Shown here one piece after another: positions 29,012 to 38,665 of a stretch of DNA of 64,000 nt. How positions within the stretch are numbered: position 1 is the first letter of the stretch; every line of letters starts with the position of its first letter. The notes below the pieces were generated by a model, which was given only the letters and a program-made list of their open reading frames with translations, did not search any database and was not told the DNA's origin. The position numbers were made by a program, and so were the translations under genes. This DNA is from Promethearchaeota archaeon (GTDB lineage: Archaea > Asgardarchaeota > Lokiarchaeia > Sigyniarchaeales > SOKP01): assembly GCA_019058445.1 (NCBI GenBank), contig JAHPZA010000003.1, positions 64,001 to 128,000 on the forward strand, given 5' to 3'.

Positions 29012-29060
29012 TATAATCTTGATAAAGTAAGTATTTAAAAAATTAATGAAATACAAAATA
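29012..29060 (-). promoter_or_regulatory. Duplicated promoter-like element upstream of the longin-cheW-cheY-cheA operon
   Basis: 47/49 identical to 17160-17208, including a 34-bp perfect core. Confidence 0.7.
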
Positions 29061-29162
29061 TTACGCTTTAACGATACAAAAAACTCTGAAAAAAAATAAT
29101 TTAAATATAAAACGTTTTCAATAGGATTTTAAAAATTTGAGAGACACGACAAAATAATGATT

Positions 29163-29681
29163 TTATTTCAATTCTTCCTCAAATACTTGAAAATCAGAAG
29201 AAGTGAATAAACAAAAAATTACTTCTTTAATCTGAGTATCTTTTGATAAATACTCTTTAGCGGTTGCAATCATTATTTTTGCACATCTCTCAATAGGATA
29301 CCCAAAAATCCCTGTAGAAATTGCTGGAAATGCAATCGATTTTAGCTCATGTTCATCCATTAATTTTAGACTATTTAGAGTGGCATTTTTCAATTTTTCA
29401 TCTTCATTCCCTTCCCCCATCCGTGGCCCTACCGCATGAATAACATGTTTCGCTTTTAATTCTCCCCCTGTAGTAATCACTGCTCCTCCAACAAATGTAG
29501 GGGATTTCTTATTACATTCTTCTTGAATTTTAGGGCCGCCTTTCCGGCGAATTGCTCCGGCTACACCGCCCCCCAAGATTAATTGCGCATTAGCCGCATT
29601 GACAATAGCATCAGTAGCCAATTCAGTAATATCTCCTTGGACCAACTTAATTTTTGAACTTTTTATTATTAATTCTTTCAT
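29163..29681 (-). CDS. Macro domain protein (MacroD/YmdB-like ADP-ribose hydrolase)
   Basis: GDIT, IVNAAN, GGGVAGAI, VIHAVGP, FPAISTGIFGYP. Confidence 0.92.
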   Translation of the reverse strand: MKELIIKSSKIKLVQGDITELATDAIVNAANAQLILGGGVAGAIRRKGGPKIQEECNKKSPTFVGGAVITTGGELKAKHVIHAVGPRMGEGNEDEKLKNATLNSLKLMDEHELKSIAFPAISTGIFGYPIERCAKIMIATAKEYLSKDTQIKEVIFCLFTSSDFQVFEEELK

Positions 29682-29829
29682 ATTAAAACCTTAAATATTA
29701 TCAATTTCAAATATATTTACTAGTATCTGGTATAATAGTATATAATAACAGTTTAAGTAACCATAATAATAATATATTTTCTAAGATAATCATTTCATAT
29801 TATAAGCTTATATTTGAAGGCGGGAATTA

Positions 29830-31035
29830 ATGAGCATACATTTTCGTAAAAAAGAAGCATCGATTGTCTTATTTTTATTCTTAAGCTTATTTGTTTCACT
29901 CCTTCTCATCAATACAGAGATTTCTGGGGCTAATTCCGAAAAGAATGAAGCGATAAATGAGAATAATAATAGAGAATCTCATCTCGAAGAATCCGGATTC
30001 TGGAATCTTACCGAATCTCCCATAGTTATTGATGATTATCAACCCAATTGTAATTGGAAAAAAACCGCCTCTAAGCATGAGTGGTGTTTTGGTAGTGGGA
30101 CTTTGGATGATCCTTACATTATAGAAAATGTTATTATAAATGGACAGGAGTCTACAAGTTGTATTACTATTAGAAATTCTAATGTGTATTTTATTATTAG
30201 GAATTGTATTCTCTATAATTCTGGTTGGTCCTTATTTAACTGGGACTCCGGGATTAAATTAATTAATACAAATAACGGGAACATATTAAATAACAACTGT
30301 TCATATAATAATGGTTTTGGGATTCTACAAATTGGATGTTCTAATAACAATTTTTCTGGAAACATTGTAAATCATAATTCTCATCATGGAATTTATAGCT
30401 GGAGTATCGATAAAATCAATATTTTTGAAAATGAAATTAATTATAACCAAATAACTGGGATATATTTTTGGTTTAGTTATAAAAACAACATTTCGGATAA
30501 CATCATAAATTCCAATCAAAATGGAATATACTTAATTATGAGTAGTAATAACTTTATCACGTCCAATTATTTAGTCGATAATAATGTGAGTATATATCAA
30601 TTCTGGTCTGGGGGGAATTTTATTAGTGAAAATAAATATGAATATGACCTGCCACCTCCTGCAATACCTGATGAGAACGCTAAAATAGATGGTGATGACA
30701 ATGATGACGATGACGACGATACTGAAGAAATTGAAGCTAAAGAGATCCCCTATATTAGTTTAATATTAATTGGTACTTCTATAGGATTTGTAAGCGGAGG
30801 AATTATTGGTTACCTCATTCAAAAAAAAAGAATCGAAAAAAAAAGCCTTTTTCTATTCAGTAAACCCATGAAAGAAAAATCTAAAGCGGAATCATCTTTA
30901 AATTTAGAGGAGAAGGTTGTTCCTGAACCAGAGTTAGAATTTGTACCAAAAGGAGCAATTATGAAATTTGGAGATATGAAAAAATTGATTGAGGAACAAG
31001 AAGATTTGAAAAAAAATGAAAATGAAAAAAAATAA
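29830..31035 (+). CDS. Membrane-anchored right-handed beta-helix (NosD-like) surface protein
   Basis: Signal-like N-terminus, GSGTLDDPYIIEN, Asn-rich GI.L..S.NN repeats, acidic linker, TM segment with KKR, cytoplasmic tail. Confidence 0.8.
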   Translation: MSIHFRKKEASIVLFLFLSLFVSLLLINTEISGANSEKNEAINENNNRESHLEESGFWNLTESPIVIDDYQPNCNWKKTASKHEWCFGSGTLDDPYIIENVIINGQESTSCITIRNSNVYFIIRNCILYNSGWSLFNWDSGIKLINTNNGNILNNNCSYNNGFGILQIGCSNNNFSGNIVNHNSHHGIYSWSIDKINIFENEINYNQITGIYFWFSYKNNISDNIINSNQNGIYLIMSSNNFITSNYLVDNNVSIYQFWSGGNFISENKYEYDLPPPAIPDENAKIDGDDNDDDDDDTEEIEAKEIPYISLILIGTSIGFVSGGIIGYLIQKKRIEKKSLFLFSKPMKEKSKAESSLNLEEKVVPEPELEFVPKGAIMKFGDMKKLIEEQEDLKKNENEKK

Positions 31036-31055
31036 TAATATCAATAAAAGAAAAA

Positions 31056-31790
31056 TTAGCCTTGCTCTTGGTCTTTTTTGAAAATTTCATCTAATTTGGC
31101 TTTATCTTCGTCAGACATCTTACTCATTGCTTCCATTTGCTGCTGCATTAGGATCCTCATGAAGTTATTACTTATGATTTGGTTTAAAACGGGCAATGCT
31201 ATCCGCATTCGAGTTAGTTCATAATTCATAAGTTTTGCAGTCTCCCTCATCTCTTTCAGTTCCTCTTTTGTCATCCCCTCCTGTCCTATTCCTGGACATT
31301 CTACATCCACAACTGTAAAATTTTTTCCATCGAACTCTAACGGGTATGTTCGACAGCTTAAAGGACGATTCTCATAGATTAAACATTTTTTTTGCTCAGC
31401 ATTGTATAAAGGGCATTTCTCCTCTAGTAATTCCTCTACAGGAGTTCCTGTAAGCATTTGTGTTGGTGATTTTTCATCATCTTCTTTTTGTGGAGGTAAT
31501 GGTTTTAAGATTAGGTCAAATACACCGTCAGGCTTACTATAGACATCCAAATAAGGAAGGAAATTGGCTACTACTCCATTTCGAGCCCACATCTCTAAAT
31601 CCCAAAGTGTAATGGGGATAGGTCCTCTAGCAAGACAGCATTTATCACATCTCGTACATTTAAATGTAAATTTTGCTTTTTCTTTTTCAGGTTCAGCCTG
31701 ATCATCTACAGGTTCTTCATTTTTAATTTCTTCTTTCTTTTCAGAATTTTGATTTTCTTGGTTATTTTCAGTCAATTCACATCTTTCCAT
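31056..31790 (-). CDS. YkgJ-family CxxCxxCC cysteine cluster protein
   Basis: CTRCDKCC, CPLY...CLIYENRPLSCRTYP, CPGIG. Confidence 0.85.
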   Translation of the reverse strand: MERCELTENNQENQNSEKKEEIKNEEPVDDQAEPEKEKAKFTFKCTRCDKCCLARGPIPITLWDLEMWARNGVVANFLPYLDVYSKPDGVFDLILKPLPPQKEDDEKSPTQMLTGTPVEELLEEKCPLYNAEQKKCLIYENRPLSCRTYPLEFDGKNFTVVDVECPGIGQEGMTKEELKEMRETAKLMNYELTRMRIALPVLNQIISNNFMRILMQQQMEAMSKMSDEDKAKLDEIFKKDQEQG

Positions 31791-31923
31791 TTAGTTTTTT
31801 TGGATATTTTCTAATGAGTAGATTTATTAAAAATTCAAAATTAATCCTAGAAAAAAAATTTTATCTTTATCTATGATAAATGATTTAACATTATATCCAA
31901 ATAATAGATAAATTACAATAGAC

Positions 31924-33030
31924 ATGGAGTTTGTATATAATATGACATTTGAATCAGATTTCCAAATAATTAAAAATCTTACTGAAATTCAAGCGTGCTC
32001 AGGGGATGAAGGCAAAATTCGAGACTATATCAGAGAAATTGTTGCACCATATTGCGATAAAATTGAGATGGATATTTTAGGAAATTTATTTTGTTTTATT
32101 TTTGGAAAAGCCGCCAAAGAAGAGTCTAAATTAAAAATATTATTAGACGCTCACATGGATGAGATCGGATTCATGGTACGTTATATTGATAAAAATGGAT
32201 TCATTAGATTTTCTCAAGTTGGAGGACATAACCCACGCATTCTCCCCGGTCAAAAAGTCACCATCCATTCAAGTTCTGGGGAAGAAATAATTGGTATTAT
32301 TGGAGAAACCCCTATTCACCTAATAAAACAGGAAGAGAGAAAAAAACCCATCAAATTGGAGGAATTATTTATTGATGTAGGAATGGCAAATGCTGATGAG
32401 GTTAAGAATAGTATATCCGTTGGGGATTATATCATTTTAAAGCAAGAATGCATAGCATTTAAGGGAAATGAGAGAATTTGCTCAAAATCATTTGATGATA
32501 GAGCAGGCTGTTTCATTCTCATTAAACTCATAATGGCGCTTGCCAAGGATAAAGAACTGCTAGATAAGGATTTAATTTTCGAATTTGCGGCTCAAGAAGA
32601 AATTGGCGTTAGGGGTTCAACAGTAGGTGCTTATAAAATTTTCCCAGATATTGGGATTGTAGTAGAAGTTTCTCATGCAATAGACTTTCCAGGGATAAGT
32701 AAAGATAAACATCATGATTGTTCATTAGGTTCAGGAGTATCAATAAGAATTGGGCCAAATTTATATCCTAAACTTACAAAGCTATTGATTAATACTTCAA
32801 AGGAAGAACAAATCCCGTTTACTTTAATCGCTGAACCTCGTCCCACACCAACTGATGCTAGGGCAATTCAAGTAACAAAATCTGGAATACCGTGTGCCTT
32901 GGTTTCAGTACCTTTAAGATATATGCATACGAATGTAGAAGTCATTGAATATCAAGACTTATTACATACAGTTAGTCTACTTAAATCCTTTCTCATGAAA
33001 GATTTAAAATCTGCAATTACTAACCTTTAG
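31924..33030 (+). CDS. M42 family metallo-aminopeptidase
   Basis: DAHMDEIG, FDDRAGC, QEEIGVRG, TDA, PLRYMHT. Confidence 0.9.
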   Translation: MEFVYNMTFESDFQIIKNLTEIQACSGDEGKIRDYIREIVAPYCDKIEMDILGNLFCFIFGKAAKEESKLKILLDAHMDEIGFMVRYIDKNGFIRFSQVGGHNPRILPGQKVTIHSSSGEEIIGIIGETPIHLIKQEERKKPIKLEELFIDVGMANADEVKNSISVGDYIILKQECIAFKGNERICSKSFDDRAGCFILIKLIMALAKDKELLDKDLIFEFAAQEEIGVRGSTVGAYKIFPDIGIVVEVSHAIDFPGISKDKHHDCSLGSGVSIRIGPNLYPKLTKLLINTSKEEQIPFTLIAEPRPTPTDARAIQVTKSGIPCALVSVPLRYMHTNVEVIEYQDLLHTVSLLKSFLMKDLKSAITNL

Positions 33031-33041
33031 CTATTACTAGG

Positions 33042-33647
33042 TTAATCTTTCATAAATAATTCTTTAGTTTTGAGCAATTTGCCAAAATAGACTAGCGTGG
33101 GTTCAATAGAATCCTCTTCTTTTATTCCAGTTAATACGATTTTACCATTATTAAAAACTAAAAAGACGCACTTTACAGGAATTTTAGATTTATGTATAAT
33201 CGCAGGAAACACTTCTGGTTCATACATCGTATTTTCAAGTCGAATCGCTGCCAAATCCAAGTCAATTTTATCATCAAGTTCGGCCGTTGTGACTATATTC
33301 ACAATTTCTGATTTTACTGACTTTATATTAATCTTAATTTTAATTTTGGATTTAAACTCAGTTATAATACGCGAGATTATTATATCAACGTTATTAAAAG
33401 ATTTTAAACCACTCAAAATCATTTTACCGTTTCTAAATATGATAGCGACACACTTAGGATCTAACATTCTTAAAAATAATCCGGGAAATCGCTTTTTATC
33501 ATATTCTACATTGTTAAAGGTTCTTGTTATTTTTTCAAGATCAAGAGGTAGATCTGGATTTATACCTAATTCTACTTTAACTACAATGTTTTGAACAGTA
33601 TAAGTTAAGCTCCTTGTTTCTTCTTTGGATTTCTTTTTTATTTCCAT
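33042..33647 (-). CDS. tbp: TATA-box binding protein (divergent)
   Basis: Two TBP repeats: QNIV...RFPGL...IFRNGKMILSG and VNIV...YEPEVFPAI...VFNNGKIVLTG. ATG at 33647 is preferred. Confidence 0.88.
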   Translation of the reverse strand: MEIKKKSKEETRSLTYTVQNIVVKVELGINPDLPLDLEKITRTFNNVEYDKKRFPGLFLRMLDPKCVAIIFRNGKMILSGLKSFNNVDIIISRIITEFKSKIKIKINIKSVKSEIVNIVTTAELDDKIDLDLAAIRLENTMYEPEVFPAIIHKSKIPVKCVFLVFNNGKIVLTGIKEEDSIEPTLVYFGKLLKTKELFMKD

Positions 33648-33834
33648 TGAGATGTAGTTGAACACTAATTATAACTCAGAAACTATTTCTAGTAATATTA
33701 AGATCATTTCATATTTAACATTACTTCTTGAGGTGAATTAAAATTAATATTAAATAAGAACAACACTTTTTCTATGTACACGTTTATCATTATTTAATAC
33801 TTATTTTAAATAAAAATCAATTTTAACAAGTGTC

Positions 33835-35175
33835 ATGAACCCACTTACCAAAAAGAAAATTTCCTTATGGATAATACTATCGATAAATCTAATTATCGCA
33901 TTTATTATTGGCTTGGCAATTCCTGTAATGAAATCAACTCTCTATGTTTCACTCGGAATTGTTCTAATTTTAGCACTAATGGTTTTAAACTTCCTTCTTC
34001 TAGAATTTTTACAGAATGAATATGAAACTTCAATTATTTATGAGAAAACATTGATCTGGGCATTTTTATCTCTTAATTTTTTATTTGCTTTTATAATGGG
34101 TTTTACAATTCCCTTTATGGAATCGAACGCGAAATATAACATGGGTATTGTCATGCTGCCACTTTTGGTGATTCTTAATTATATTATTGTTGATAGATTT
34201 CATTATTACCTCAAAAACGCTTCTAATTCTGATGAAATAAATAAAATTAGGGATAATGAGCAAACTCAAGAGACGATTAATATTAAAGCAAAAACGAATG
34301 GTTCCAGAGAAAAGAGAACAGTAATCGAATTTAATGGAAAAACCTATATTTTCTCAGTTAGGTCGCTTATTATATTAGCTGTTGGCGCCCCTCTATTATC
34401 ATATGGAATTTACCAATTCTTTGATATGCCAATTAATTATTGGCTCCACGAAATCGTGGTAAAACAAACAGTTTTCTTTTTAAATCTCTTATTTAATATG
34501 GGAGTAGGAACAGATTATGTTCCTGTTGGAATGCACCATTGGAGCTTTACCATCCCTAATAAAGGAAATATTTATTTTCAAACGTTTTGTACAGGAGTAC
34601 AAGCGATATGTGTCTTTGCCGGGATTATTATTTGCATACCACATTCGCAAGATCCTAAAACAAAGGAAGATATAATTTGGCGAAAAACGAAAGCATTAAT
34701 CATATCATCGGTAATATTTTATGTTGTGAATATAATAAGGATGGTGATTCAAATTTATTTATATTACATCGGATATGCGTGGGAGGATATCCACTATTCC
34801 ATCAGCGCCGCCAGTTCATTTATTGCAGCAATAATCATTCTCTTATTACATAAATGGATTCCAGAGTTCATTATTTCCATAATATATTTAGGAGCATTAG
34901 TGAATAAGAGAATTAAAGACAATCGCAAGGCTAATATTATTGAAATGGTTGAAGTTACCAATAATGTGCCTCTTAGTATAATGAGAAAAGTCTTAGTGAT
35001 GGAAAAGAAAACGTATATCAATGATATGATTCCATGGGCAGAGAAATTCGGATATATAATCGAAGGTGATTCATTAAAAATACCTGAGGATCGCACTGAA
35101 AGGTTTATAGAGATGTTAAATTGGGAGGACCCATTTGTTTCCAAAGAAACTCAGAAGAAACAAGAAAAACCGTGA
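33835..35175 (+). CDS. Exosortase/archaeosortase family protein with extra N-terminal TM domain
   Basis: Cys-Arg-His triad: FCTGVQ, NIIRM, EDIHY. Multiple TM segments. Confidence 0.85.
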   Translation: MNPLTKKKISLWIILSINLIIAFIIGLAIPVMKSTLYVSLGIVLILALMVLNFLLLEFLQNEYETSIIYEKTLIWAFLSLNFLFAFIMGFTIPFMESNAKYNMGIVMLPLLVILNYIIVDRFHYYLKNASNSDEINKIRDNEQTQETINIKAKTNGSREKRTVIEFNGKTYIFSVRSLIILAVGAPLLSYGIYQFFDMPINYWLHEIVVKQTVFFLNLLFNMGVGTDYVPVGMHHWSFTIPNKGNIYFQTFCTGVQAICVFAGIIICIPHSQDPKTKEDIIWRKTKALIISSVIFYVVNIIRMVIQIYLYYIGYAWEDIHYSISAASSFIAAIIILLLHKWIPEFIISIIYLGALVNKRIKDNRKANIIEMVEVTNNVPLSIMRKVLVMEKKTYINDMIPWAEKFGYIIEGDSLKIPEDRTERFIEMLNWEDPFVSKETQKKQEKP

Positions 35176-35306
35176 TGAATAAGGTTAACTAAGTTCGGTA
35201 TTCTGATTTTTCTTTATTACTTAATATTTGTTAACGACTAGACAAAAATTTTCAAAATTTTTCCATTAATCGAAATGACGCAAGAATTATCTTAATATTA
35301 GGATTT

Positions 35307-36038
35307 TTAGAATATTTTATTTGAGAATTGATCCAGATGGACAAAGTCGCTCAATTCCCTCCGGTATTTTGTTCCACTTTTCCCAAATTTTCTCTCATAT
35401 CCAAGTCGAAATATCAATAACAACCGATAATCTTTTTCGGGAATGTGTAGAATTTTTCTAATTTTACGGACGGATTCGATATTCATCAATTGACCACTTA
35501 CGAGTTGTGCGCTTATTCCGAGATTATTTGCAGCGAGCCATATATTTTGCATTACGCCGCCAATACTCATTATGCCCCATAAATGCTTTAGCGAACCAAC
35601 TCCGGGTCGTTTTTGATTGTAAAGAATAAACAATAATACTTGCGAATTTTGAATTAATGCGGAATATAAATACATTGATTTCCTCCAAAATTCGTCGTCT
35701 TCAACCAGTTTCGGATTAGTCTGTAAATCCATAACAAACTTAGGTAAAACATCGACATAAACTCCGTCTTTTTTAGTTTCAAGTTCTTCTATGGTGTGGC
35801 GAACCCAGTAGAAATGTTCATCAACTTCCTTTTTGTTGAGCCTAAAACCTACTTCAGAGAGTTGCCTTTTAACCTCCTCGTCCTTTACAACAATTATTTC
35901 AAATGGTTGCGAATTATGAGGTGTTGGCGCGAAACGGGCTGCTTCAAGAATCTTTTTCAATTCAGAATCAGGAATCGGTTTTTTTGAAAACATCCATCTC
36001 GAACTCCTCCTAAATTTAACTAACTCTTCAAATTCCAT
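35307..36038 (-). CDS. Nitroreductase family protein
   Basis: RRSSR, AARFAPTPHNSQP, MQNIWLAANNLGI, RLGY. Confidence 0.85.
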   Translation of the reverse strand: MEFEELVKFRRSSRWMFSKKPIPDSELKKILEAARFAPTPHNSQPFEIIVVKDEEVKRQLSEVGFRLNKKEVDEHFYWVRHTIEELETKKDGVYVDVLPKFVMDLQTNPKLVEDDEFWRKSMYLYSALIQNSQVLLFILYNQKRPGVGSLKHLWGIMSIGGVMQNIWLAANNLGISAQLVSGQLMNIESVRKIRKILHIPEKDYRLLLIFRLGYERKFGKSGTKYRRELSDFVHLDQFSNKIF

Positions 36039-36048
36039 TACGCTTCAC

Positions 36049-36100
36049 GATAGCAATATTTGAAATTATATAAGGATAGTAATATTTGAAATTATATAAG
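36049..36100. repeat. 2 x 26-bp tandem repeat in a divergent promoter region
   Basis: GATAG(C/T)AATATTTGAAATTATATAAG at 36049-36074 and 36075-36100, with one mismatch. Confidence 0.9.
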
Positions 36101-36151
36101 AAGGTTAAGAATTCAACAAATTCAATAAATAATAATAATTATTGATCCTTA

Positions 36152-37054
36152 ATGTTAGAATTTAATAAAGACCAAAAAGTAATTCAAATTGGAAAGGTAA
36201 ACATGGGCGGTCAACCCGGTGAAAATCCGACTGTAATGATCGGAACTGTGTTTTACGCGAAACATCCCGCCTTACTGGATGAGAAAACCGGCAAATTTGA
36301 TAAAAAATTAGTGGAAAATGAAGTACACGAATTTATTGAGATCGTTGAAGATACGGGTATGCAAGCAATCGTCGATGTAGTAGGGAGTTATCCAGATGCG
36401 CTTGTAAAGGAATGCGAATATATTGCGGATTTAACTGAATATCCATTTTTAGTGGATGGGTTAAATGATACTAGCAGGATTCCAGCAATGGAAGGGCTCA
36501 AAGAAATTGGATTATTAGATAGAGCTATACTAAATAGTGTTGATGAGAATACTTCGAATGAAAGTGTAAATAAACTTAAAGAAATAGGAGTTAAACATGC
36601 TGTACTTTTAACATTTGGAAATAGATATATTTTTCCTCATCAAAAGTTGCATTTATTACAAGAAAAATTGTTGGTTAATGCTGAAAAGGCTAATATCGAA
36701 AATGTGATTGTTGATACTGCCGTTTTAGATTTACCTTCTGTGGCTATAAATGTAGAAACCACTCGTTTAATAAAAGAGGAGCTAGGATTACCCACGGGAT
36801 TTGCCCCTGCTAATGCAATTTACGGATGGAATTATGTGAAAAAACATGGAGAATCCGCAAGATGTGGTGCAATTGCATCTATTATGACCTATTGTGCAGA
36901 TGCGGGAAGTGATTTTATTCTATTTGGACCCGTAAAATTTGCGAAATGTGTTGTTCCCTCAATTGCCATGATTAGTGGTATCAATGCATACTATAGAAAG
37001 AGGATATTAAGAAAACCTATATCTGATCAAACACCATTTAAAAAGATTTTCTGA
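36152..37054 (+). CDS. mtrH: MtrH-family pterin methyltransferase
   Basis: FNKDQKV..IG...GGQPGENPTVMIGTVFY, RAILNS, GLPTG, GSDFILFGPV. No other mtr genes are nearby. Confidence 0.8.
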   Translation: MLEFNKDQKVIQIGKVNMGGQPGENPTVMIGTVFYAKHPALLDEKTGKFDKKLVENEVHEFIEIVEDTGMQAIVDVVGSYPDALVKECEYIADLTEYPFLVDGLNDTSRIPAMEGLKEIGLLDRAILNSVDENTSNESVNKLKEIGVKHAVLLTFGNRYIFPHQKLHLLQEKLLVNAEKANIENVIVDTAVLDLPSVAINVETTRLIKEELGLPTGFAPANAIYGWNYVKKHGESARCGAIASIMTYCADAGSDFILFGPVKFAKCVVPSIAMISGINAYYRKRILRKPISDQTPFKKIF

Positions 37055-37059
37055 GTCTT

Positions 37060-38574
37060 TTAGGAGATGTATCTTAAAAGTAAATCGCCAGTTCGATACA
37101 TAAAGTCGGGCATTAATTCATTTATCCTATCTTTTTTAATCTCATCATCCATTAAGAACAAGACAAAGAAATCATAATCTGCGATTCGTATTTTTTTAAA
37201 TAAGATTACGGAATCTGCAATTTTAAAAATAGATTCATCTTGCTTTAGAGCCCGAAATTCTGAAAAAATTTTATATAACATCGTAAATTGAGGTGCTGTA
37301 ATCTCAAAAATGTTTCTTAATTTACCATCATCAGCTTCCTCTCCAGGTGGTCGTATTTCTGATGATTTTAGCGCTTTCCATGAAAAAAAATCTGCTAATA
37401 CTAATCCCTCATTATTTAATAATAAAGATAAAGAAATATCTGCGCGGTTTGAAAATCTTTGGAGAATTAAATTAATTAATTTCCTATTAGGACTTAATTT
37501 TGAAATGCCCGAAGAAAAGGCTTGTAAAATACTAAAAATTGAAAATATACTGGTTATAAATATCTCAGGTTTCTTACTTGAGACAATCTCAATTAATTTT
37601 GCTTTTATATATTGAATATTTTCTTTAATTTCTTGGTTATTTACAATATCCTTATCTCCTTTAGAGAAAATAAATATAATAGGAGTATTCATCTTAAATT
37701 CTTTTAGCGCCACCATTATTTTTTGAAAATATTCAATACTTTCTTCAAATCGGGCTTTATTTTTAATATCAATAAAGTAAAAAAGGAGATCAGTTTCATA
37801 TAAATAAATTTGAGATTTTGTTAAATATTTTTGTCTCGAAGCTATTTGTCCACCTAAGTCCCATAAAAAAATAGAGGCTCCGAGTGCTTGTATGGATGTA
37901 ACATTAGCTCCTATAGTAGGTTTTAAACCGATTAGTTTAGAATATTTTCTATCAATAGACAATAAAAACGAGGTTTTCCCGCTGTCGTCAAGACCCGCAA
38001 AAACGACTTTAATTCTTGTTGCATGGGTAATTGGAGCGTATGGTTTTTTTTCTATTTCGATTAATTTTAAGAGTAAATCCTTAAAAAATGGTTCCATCAT
38101 TTCAGGAGATTTATACCCATTTGAAATTTCAAGATCCAATTTTAAGAGAAAGTTAAAGACCAGTGATTTAAGTTGAGTTAGATTATTATATAAAAAACTC
38201 CTCCTATTTCTATCAACCAGAATGGAAAAAGACGCGGCAGTGGGTTCCTTAGAGGTTTTAAATCTAATGAAATGAAAGATAGTCAAGGAAGTAAGATTAA
38301 AATCCGGAAACGGCAATATTGCAAAGTATGGTGCTTTATCTGGGTCCTTATGTAATTCGATATACTCTTGATCTCCAGCCATCATGCTTAGATTTTTTAT
38401 GGAAATCTGCGTATAATCTCTGTAGCTTAACTTAACTACATTTTCTAATTTTGATTGTTCTGCTTCTTCTTCAGAAACCTCTTTAGGAAACATATATATA
38501 GGTTGCGGACCAAATTTATCAAAAGCTGAAAAGAGAAGCCCTTCAATGACCGAATTTTCGATTAAATCTTCCAT
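37060..38574 (-). CDS. uDENN-like + Rag/Arf-like GTPase + roadblock-like protein
   Basis: FSAFDKFGPQP N-terminus, GLDDSGKT, LKPTIG, WDLGGQ, atypical G4 SKGD, TSIF, and C-terminal LLLNNEGLVLA. Confidence 0.8.
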   Translation of the reverse strand: MEDLIENSVIEGLLFSAFDKFGPQPIYMFPKEVSEEEAEQSKLENVVKLSYRDYTQISIKNLSMMAGDQEYIELHKDPDKAPYFAILPFPDFNLTSLTIFHFIRFKTSKEPTAASFSILVDRNRRSFLYNNLTQLKSLVFNFLLKLDLEISNGYKSPEMMEPFFKDLLLKLIEIEKKPYAPITHATRIKVVFAGLDDSGKTSFLLSIDRKYSKLIGLKPTIGANVTSIQALGASIFLWDLGGQIASRQKYLTKSQIYLYETDLLFYFIDIKNKARFEESIEYFQKIMVALKEFKMNTPIIFIFSKGDKDIVNNQEIKENIQYIKAKLIEIVSSKKPEIFITSIFSIFSILQAFSSGISKLSPNRKLINLILQRFSNRADISLSLLLNNEGLVLADFFSWKALKSSEIRPPGEEADDGKLRNIFEITAPQFTMLYKIFSEFRALKQDESIFKIADSVILFKKIRIADYDFFVLFLMDDEIKKDRINELMPDFMYRTGDLLLRYIS

Positions 38575-38665
38575 TCCTTAGAGTTATTCATATTATTTAA
38601 TTTTAAAACGCCTATAATATTTTAAAGAAAAGATAATTATAAATTGTTTTATATAAGAAATATAG

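Noticed and set aside
17160-29060. The 49-bp direct repeats as att sites or ends of a mobile che island
   Set aside because: No integrase, transposase or tRNA is present, and che genes continue outside the repeat-bounded segment. Position upstream of the operon starts fits a promoter better.
9143-36100. Short tandem repeats as a possible CRISPR array
   Set aside because: Only two adjacent copies each, with no spacers and no cas genes.
36152-37054. MtrH as evidence of methanogenesis
   Set aside because: Stand-alone MtrH-family methyltransferases occur in non-methanogens, and no mtrA-G or mcr genes are present here.
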